This document shows positions 29,136-34,314 of a stretch of DNA of 34,314 bases, piece after piece; the stretch's first letter is position 1, and every line of letters starts with the position of its first letter. A program made the translations under genes and the position numbers. The notes under the pieces were generated by a model. The model was not told the DNA's origin. It saw nothing but the letters and a program-made list of their open reading frames with translations, and made no database searches. The DNA lies in contig JBDLHZ010000001.1 in NCBI GenBank assembly GCA_039715135.1, positions 1-34,314 of the forward strand. The letters run 5' to 3'. Source of the DNA: Verrucomicrobiota bacterium (GTDB lineage Bacteria; Verrucomicrobiota; Kiritimatiellia; Kiritimatiellales; Pontiellaceae).

Positions 29136-30521
29136 TCACTTCTGCTTCTTTCTCTGCCTCAGGCCGAGGAAGCGGGGTTCGATCAATTCAGAATTCCATT
29201 GCTTGCGCAGCGCTTCCAGCTCGGCCGCCTTTTCCGGAGCGGACTGATGGATATTCTTCGTTTCCCCAATATCCTGCTCCAGATTAAAAAGGACGGGTTT
29301 TTTGCCGTCGCCGGGAAGCACCAGTTTATAATCCCCGTGCCGCACCGCATAGCGTTGCTGGTCGAACTTGCGCAGATAGATGGCCTCATGCGGCGCGCCG
29401 GTTTTTTCGCCGGCCAGGTATGGAACCAGGTTGACGCCATCAAGCGGTCGTTCGGGATCGGTCGGAGCCTTGGCCAAGGCGGTGGCGGTTGCAAAAATAT
29501 CCAATGCGCTGACCGGGTGGTCGCATGTGATTCCGGAGGGAAGCCGTCCGGGCCACTTTACAGCAAACGGCACGCGAAACCCGCCTTCCCACACATCGGA
29601 CTTCTGGCCACGCAAAGGACCGTTGTCCGACGCGTTCTTGTTCTCGGGGCCGCCATTGTCGGAAAGGAAAAAGACCAGCGTGTTCTCTTCCAGCTTCAGT
29701 TCCTTCAGCTTGTCGAGCACGCACCCAACACCATCGTCCACCGCGCTGACCATCGCGGCATAGGTGCGGCGCTTCTTGTTCTTAATATCCGAAAAACGAT
29801 CCAGATATTTTTCGGTGGCCTGAAGCGGAGTGTGCGGGGCATTGTAGGAGAGGAAGAGGAAGAATGGCTTGTCCTTGTTCCGTTCCACAAAGCCAACCGC
29901 TTCATCAGAGAATTCGTCGGTCAGGTATTTGGTGGTCTGCACCGGCTCGCGGTTGCGCAGGATCCACGTCCTGTAGCTTTCTCCCTCGTCTATTGCACCA
30001 TAGCTGTCTTTGATGGTCAAAAGCTCCGGGAAATAGTGGTGTCCACCGCCAAGGTGCCCGAAGAAAAAGTCGAAACCGCGATTCAGCGGGTGCAGGGTTT
30101 CGTGCGCACCGAGGTGCCACTTGCCGACCACGCCGGAGGTATACCCGACTTTTTTCAGCACGTTGGCCAGTGTGCTCTCGCTTAAGGGAAGGCCCATGTT
30201 CGGGTCGTTCGGTTTGTATTGCGGATTGCGCTCGAAACCGAAGCGTTGCTCGTAGCGCCCCGTCAGGAAGCCGGCGCGGCTCGGCCCGCAGACGGAATAG
30301 GTTGTATAGCCACTGGTGAACTGCACACCATCGCTGGCAATCGTGTCGATGTTCGGCGTCGGGATATCCTTGCACCCATTGAACCCCACATCGGCATAGC
30401 CAAGATCGTCGGCCATGATGACAATGAAGTTCGGCGCAGAGTTCGTCGCCGCGCAAAGAACTCCGGGAAGCATAAGCGCACACGCGAAAACAGTGCTGAA
30501 ACATCTCTTTTTCCTGTTCAT
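29136..30521 (-). CDS. Sulfatase (S1), exported
   Basis: AAGGAGG SD; signal peptide; MADDLGYADVGFNG, CGPSRAGFLTG, GKWHLG, APHTP, SDNGG. Confidence 0.94.
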   Translation of the reverse strand: MNRKKRCFSTVFACALMLPGVLCAATNSAPNFIVIMADDLGYADVGFNGCKDIPTPNIDTIASDGVQFTSGYTTYSVCGPSRAGFLTGRYEQRFGFERNPQYKPNDPNMGLPLSESTLANVLKKVGYTSGVVGKWHLGAHETLHPLNRGFDFFFGHLGGGHHYFPELLTIKDSYGAIDEGESYRTWILRNREPVQTTKYLTDEFSDEAVGFVERNKDKPFFLFLSYNAPHTPLQATEKYLDRFSDIKNKKRRTYAAMVSAVDDGVGCVLDKLKELKLEENTLVFFLSDNGGPENKNASDNGPLRGQKSDVWEGGFRVPFAVKWPGRLPSGITCDHPVSALDIFATATALAKAPTDPERPLDGVNLVPYLAGEKTGAPHEAIYLRKFDQQRYAVRHGDYKLVLPGDGKKPVLFNLEQDIGETKNIHQSAPEKAAELEALRKQWNSELIEPRFLGLRQRKKQK

Positions 30522-30586
30522 TGAAAAACCCTCCTTCGTTGGATAAACCCGATAGGCCTCCTATCATGAAACGACCGCCACCCGTT

Positions 30587-32449
30587 TTAGTACAGGTTCG
30601 TTTTCGGACGCGTCGGGAACACACGGGTACAGGCTTTGTCCATGTAGTTGCCAACCGAAAGCCGCCGCAGGTTCCCAAGGTTTTCGAACAGCCATTCGTT
30701 CGCTGTTCTATGATCGATGACCACCCCCCTTGAATCGGTGACCACGATCAAAAAGCCGGCATATTTCAGGCCCCTGGTAATGTCATCCAGATCATACGAG
30801 GTGAACCGCACGGGTTTGCCCGAGAACACATGGGATCGTTCGTTTTTCTTAGTGGGTATAAAACGGCTTTCCTGCCGGTCGAGCAAAACATACCGATCGC
30901 CGGTAATCTCGGCACCGATCGCAAAGAACTCGACGTGCAGTTCGTGGTTGTAGCGACCTGCCGAGGTCTGCTTGAGCTTGGCGCTGAACACATAGTCAAG
31001 AACCTTCGGTGGAGGCTGCTGGTTGAACGGACTCATCTTACCGATGAACTGCTCGCTTTTCTTGGAAAAATCCATGTTGAACTTCGGTGGTCGGGCGAGC
31101 TCGATGATTTCCCGGTCCTCGTCGGAAAGCTGGAGCAGGGGGATCTTCCGTTGTCGTCCGTCCCCACTCTTCAGCACCGCCTTCTGGCCAATCACGGTTA
31201 CCAACTCGGCCTCCATCGTCTTCCCGTCCGTCCGGGTCCACGTCCGGGGTTCTTTCTCGACAGAAACGACCGGTTCGAATGGTTCGACATCGACTTTCCC
31301 GGTCTCTTTCCAACCCGACGTATCATAGTCGCAAAAGACCGGGCCGTTGGTGACGCAGATCTCGCCGGGAACGAGATCCTTGTAGATAACGTCGATCAAG
31401 TCGTGTGTCGGCTCCGCCGTCTTGAACATGGGCAGGATGGGGTTCCCCTGCGGGCCTTTTTCGTATTCCACCCCTTCAACCTCGACGGCAAGCATGGAGC
31501 AGTAGGATCCGCCACCCAATTCCCCGATCATGACTTCCATGTCGAACGGGACACCCGGTTCGAGCGTGATCCAATCGCCAACCACGGATCTGTTGTTGCC
31601 CATGTAGTACTTGCGGGAATCCGCCGAACTAGGGCTCCATATTTGCATGAAGTATTCCTCGGCCGTTTGATTCCATTGCCCGGACCAATTGGCAATGAGC
31701 ACGATCTTTCCTCCCACCCGGACCACAAGAATATCGTCCCCCTGGCCCCAAAAACGGAACTTGAGACCATCCTTATGCACCAGCTGCCCCTTGTAGTGCA
31801 CCATCCAGCAATAGCCGCCCGTGTCGGGTTCGCCGAACGCAGCCGGGGCGACCGTTGATCGAATCGGCGGCACCATGAAACAAGTGGAATAAAGTTTTGT
31901 AGGTGATTGATAGTAGCGCCCAAGTTTCGATGCTTGCCATCCGGAACCCACAAATTTCACCAGCTTTTGCAGAAAAGCCTCCGGGGATACCGGAATGTCC
32001 CGGCCGCTGCGATCACGCTGAAAATCATAGAAGGTGCCTACGAAATCGTTGCCGATGGACTGCCCGCTACCGAAGACGCCCACATCGCCGAGATCGGGCA
32101 TCATATCAAAGCCCCCGCCAAAGCCCTCGCCAAGCCCGTTGCCCCCCATGCCAGACATTTCCGGAAGCTGGATATTAGGCATGTTGGCGGGGTTCATTTT
32201 GGTGACAATGCGGTTGGCCGGCTTGGGTCTGGAGCTTTTCCTAATCTTTACCTTCGGCTTCTTGAGCTTCATCTTCGGACGCTCCACCGCCTTCGGCGGC
32301 TCGAACTCGATCTCCCTTTTCTTCACAACCGTGAAGACCACCAGCATTCCGGCAAGAAAGAACAGTGCAGCATGGATCGCAATGCTCAGCAGCACCGCAC
32401 TCGGCATTCCCTTGACGATTTTCTGGCTTTTTTTGAATAGTCGCTTCAC
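30587..32449 (-). CDS. Membrane-anchored hypothetical protein with a PA14-like region and an SHD1 domain
   Basis: GTG with GGGAGGA SD; N-terminal TM helix SIAIHAALFFLAG, Lys/Pro- and Gly-rich linker, FRFWGQGDDILVV, SHD1-like RTWTRTDGKTMEAEL...IPLLQLSDEDR. Confidence 0.75.
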   Translation of the reverse strand: MKRLFKKSQKIVKGMPSAVLLSIAIHAALFFLAGMLVVFTVVKKREIEFEPPKAVERPKMKLKKPKVKIRKSSRPKPANRIVTKMNPANMPNIQLPEMSGMGGNGLGEGFGGGFDMMPDLGDVGVFGSGQSIGNDFVGTFYDFQRDRSGRDIPVSPEAFLQKLVKFVGSGWQASKLGRYYQSPTKLYSTCFMVPPIRSTVAPAAFGEPDTGGYCWMVHYKGQLVHKDGLKFRFWGQGDDILVVRVGGKIVLIANWSGQWNQTAEEYFMQIWSPSSADSRKYYMGNNRSVVGDWITLEPGVPFDMEVMIGELGGGSYCSMLAVEVEGVEYEKGPQGNPILPMFKTAEPTHDLIDVIYKDLVPGEICVTNGPVFCDYDTSGWKETGKVDVEPFEPVVSVEKEPRTWTRTDGKTMEAELVTVIGQKAVLKSGDGRQRKIPLLQLSDEDREIIELARPPKFNMDFSKKSEQFIGKMSPFNQQPPPKVLDYVFSAKLKQTSAGRYNHELHVEFFAIGAEITGDRYVLLDRQESRFIPTKKNERSHVFSGKPVRFTSYDLDDITRGLKYAGFLIVVTDSRGVVIDHRTANEWLFENLGNLRRLSVGNYMDKACTRVFPTRPKTNLY

Positions 32450-32547
32450 ATCGTCCTCCCATATTTGATGAAATACATCCGAACCTCAGCGCACACACAC
32501 CTTGCCCTGCTTAGCAATGATTGCGGTTTTAATGATTAATCTGATAC

Positions 32548-32576
32548 TTTATACGCAACCCAATGCGAATCCGCAA
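32548..32576 (-). promoter_or_regulatory. Candidate sigma70 promoter for the SHD1-domain gene
   Basis: TTGCGG-N17-TATAAA on the minus strand, ~100 nt upstream of the GTG. Confidence 0.45.
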
Positions 32577-32656
32577 GATGTTTTATGCATGTATTTCAAA
32601 AAGAGGACCGGAGTTTCCCGACCAAATGCAATCCCGAACTTGGCCGAGCTGATGGT

Positions 32657-32685
32657 TTGCCTCAAGACGGCAGTCGATATATCTT
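32657..32685 (+). promoter_or_regulatory. Candidate sigma70 promoter giving a leaderless transcript
   Basis: TTGCCT-N17-TATCTT, followed by 8 nt and then ATG 32694; no SD. Confidence 0.55.
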
Positions 32686-32693
32686 CTCTGGCT

Positions 32694-33251
32694 ATGCATT
32701 TGATCAACGACATCCTGAAACCGTACGCCGAGCTGGAAACCTCCATTCAGCAACTCATGACGGAACTGTTCAGTGAAACCTGCGGCATGTGCACCGCCTG
32801 CTGCTGCCGCGCGGATATTTGCGAGGAGGCGGGCGAAAGCGCATTCCTCTCGTTGTTGCTGGAACAACAGGAATTGTCTACCGACGATATGGATGACCGT
32901 TTCGGCTGGCTCGAACTGCATGGTTGCTCGCTGGAGTATGGCCGCCCGCCGGTCTGCTACATCTATTTCTGCGACGAACTGCTTGCCCGCCTGCCCGACG
33001 ACGAATCGCGCCACGTGGCCAAAACGCTCGGCCGGTTGATGAACCATATTGGACAGAATGCGATCGGCGAATGGCACCTTGTTGAAATCATGGATGCGGC
33101 AGATCTGGAGAAGGTTGATCCCACCCCCCTCTCCCGACGCATGGAAGAGGCGCAGACCGCATTCGATGTGATCGAGGAATATGTACAGACAGGGCGTCTT
33201 TCGGCAGACGGTCGAGGGATTCTGGGCATCATTTCGACAGACGATCCATGA
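32694..33251 (+). CDS. Cys-cluster (CxxCxxCC / YkgJ-like) putative Zn or Fe-S protein
   Basis: CGMCTACCC...C...GCSLEYGRPPVCYIYFC; start placed at MHLIND. Confidence 0.7.
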   Translation: MHLINDILKPYAELETSIQQLMTELFSETCGMCTACCCRADICEEAGESAFLSLLLEQQELSTDDMDDRFGWLELHGCSLEYGRPPVCYIYFCDELLARLPDDESRHVAKTLGRLMNHIGQNAIGEWHLVEIMDAADLEKVDPTPLSRRMEEAQTAFDVIEEYVQTGRLSADGRGILGIISTDDP

Positions 33252-33348
33252 GCGCCTTTTCCCTCCAAGCTTGATGCCTCCCGAATGTTGCAAAATCCGG
33301 GGCAATAGATTATTATTATTGCTCCAGCAGAATAATCAGGGAGAGTCC

Positions 33349-34314
33349 ATGAGGCGGATATGTCTAAGCTGTTTCCGTAGATTGGCGGTGGGTTGTGCTG
33401 TTCTATGCACCCTGCCCATCATGGCATCCGCCCAGACCAATTCATATTGGACGGCACTGGAAATCGATCCGGCCATCTACGAGACCCCCTACCGCATCTC
33501 CCTGTTCAGTCCGCAAAACGGAGAGGATGGCGGTCGGGCCTGGTCGCAAACCAAGTCGGTGTTCTTCTACGGTCTCGGCGTGGTCGGCGTTTTGGCCGCG
33601 CTGCCGGAGTCGGCTACGGGCTGGGAGCCGAGCAACGATATCTTCAACAAGTGGGCGTACAATGTACGAAAAGGTCCGGTTTGGGACCGCGACAACTGGG
33701 CCTACAACTATCTTGGCCATACCTATTGCGGCGGAGTGTTCTACCAAGTGGCGCGCAAATCCGGCTATCGGCAGTGGGATTCCTTCGTCTACTCCTTCCT
33801 GATGTCCACCTTCTACTGGGAATATGGCGTGGAGGCCTTTGCGGAGAAGCCTTCGATCCAGGATCTGGTGGTCACCCCCCTGATGGGATGGGTCTATGGG
33901 GAATGGGCCTACCAGACCGAGATAGGCATCCGAGATCAGGGCAATGAAGTACTGGGATCGAAAATCCTGGGTGGCATCTCCCTGTTCTGCCTCGACCCGG
34001 TCGACACCTTGGGACGCGGCGTAAACCGGATGGTTGGCCGACACTGGATCAAGGCGGGATACGGCTATTTCTCCTATACCGCCACACCAATGGAAAAAAC
34101 CATCGACCACACCGTCTATCTCAACATGGGCTTCCCCATCGGCGGCCCCGCCGGCCCGCCACCGGAAAGAACCGTTCCGGTCGAACACCGCAACGATCCG
34201 GTCGATACCGGCATCGTCGGCATTGCCCTCGGTGCCGGCCAAGCCTTCCTTGATGAAAAGTGGGGAATGGACGACGTCTTTTACTCCAAGGTTTCCCTCG
34301 GTCTCCATTTCTCC
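33349..34314 (+). CDS. DUF3943-domain protein, truncated by the window end (absent from the ORF track)
   Basis: Hand translation from ATG 33349 (GGGAG SD): signal peptide, GPVWDRDNWAYNYLGHTYCGG, WEYGVEAFAEKPSIQDLVVTP; frame appears open to the window end. Confidence 0.82.
   Translation, partial: MRRICLSCFRRLAVGCAVLCTLPIMASAQTNSYWTALEIDPAIYETPYRISLFSPQNGEDGGRAWSQTKSVFFYGLGVVGVLAALPESATGWEPSNDIFNKWAYNVRKGPVWDRDNWAYNYLGHTYCGGVFYQVARKSGYRQWDSFVYSFLMSTFYWEYGVEAFAEKPSIQDLVVTPLMGWVYGEWAYQTEIGIRDQGNEVLGSKILGGISLFCLDPVDTLGRGVNRMVGRHWIKAGYGYFSYTATPMEKTIDHTVYLNMGFPIGGPAGPPPERTVPVEHRNDPVDTGIVGIALGAGQAFLDEKWGMDDVFYSKVSLGLHFS

Noticed and set aside
30551-30565. Hairpin GATAGG-CCT-CCTATC as a terminator
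   Set aside because: Only a 6-bp stem with no adjacent U-tract.
33393-34308. Track ORFs 33393-33947, 33395-33802 and 33442-34308
   Set aside because: Alternative frames or antisense of the DUF3943 gene starting at 33349.

Overview
A ~30-kb, almost entirely minus-strand, sulfated-galactan utilisation region. The host is probably a PVC-superphylum bacterium of the Kiritimatiellota/Pontiella type; this is inferred from the PEP-CTERM protein, the high sulfatase density and the lack of SusC/SusD. The window encodes seven Cys-type S1 sulfatases, GH50, GH42, GH2 and GH43_24-like glycosidases, an atypical GH112 galactoside phosphorylase, a GPH-family sugar symporter and a divergent XylR-type regulator. 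It also encodes a PEP-CTERM protein, a secreted beta-rich protein, a metallophosphoesterase, an SHD1-domain protein, a CxxCxxCC protein and a DUF3943 gene cut by the window end. Main points of interest: (i) a GH50-GPH-GH42-GH112 operon that suggests a phosphorolytic route for a beta-galactosyl disaccharide; (ii) two oppositely oriented copies of a 9-bp-periodic inverted-repeat element bracketing exactly that module, with a third, diverged element over the GH43 start; (iii) GTAG-type REP elements; (iv) several collapsed genes that keep their ends but have lost their middles, including an in-frame AMP-nucleosidase::sulfatase chimera; (v) a tandemly duplicated promoter/leader. All family assignments come from motif recognition, not database searches.
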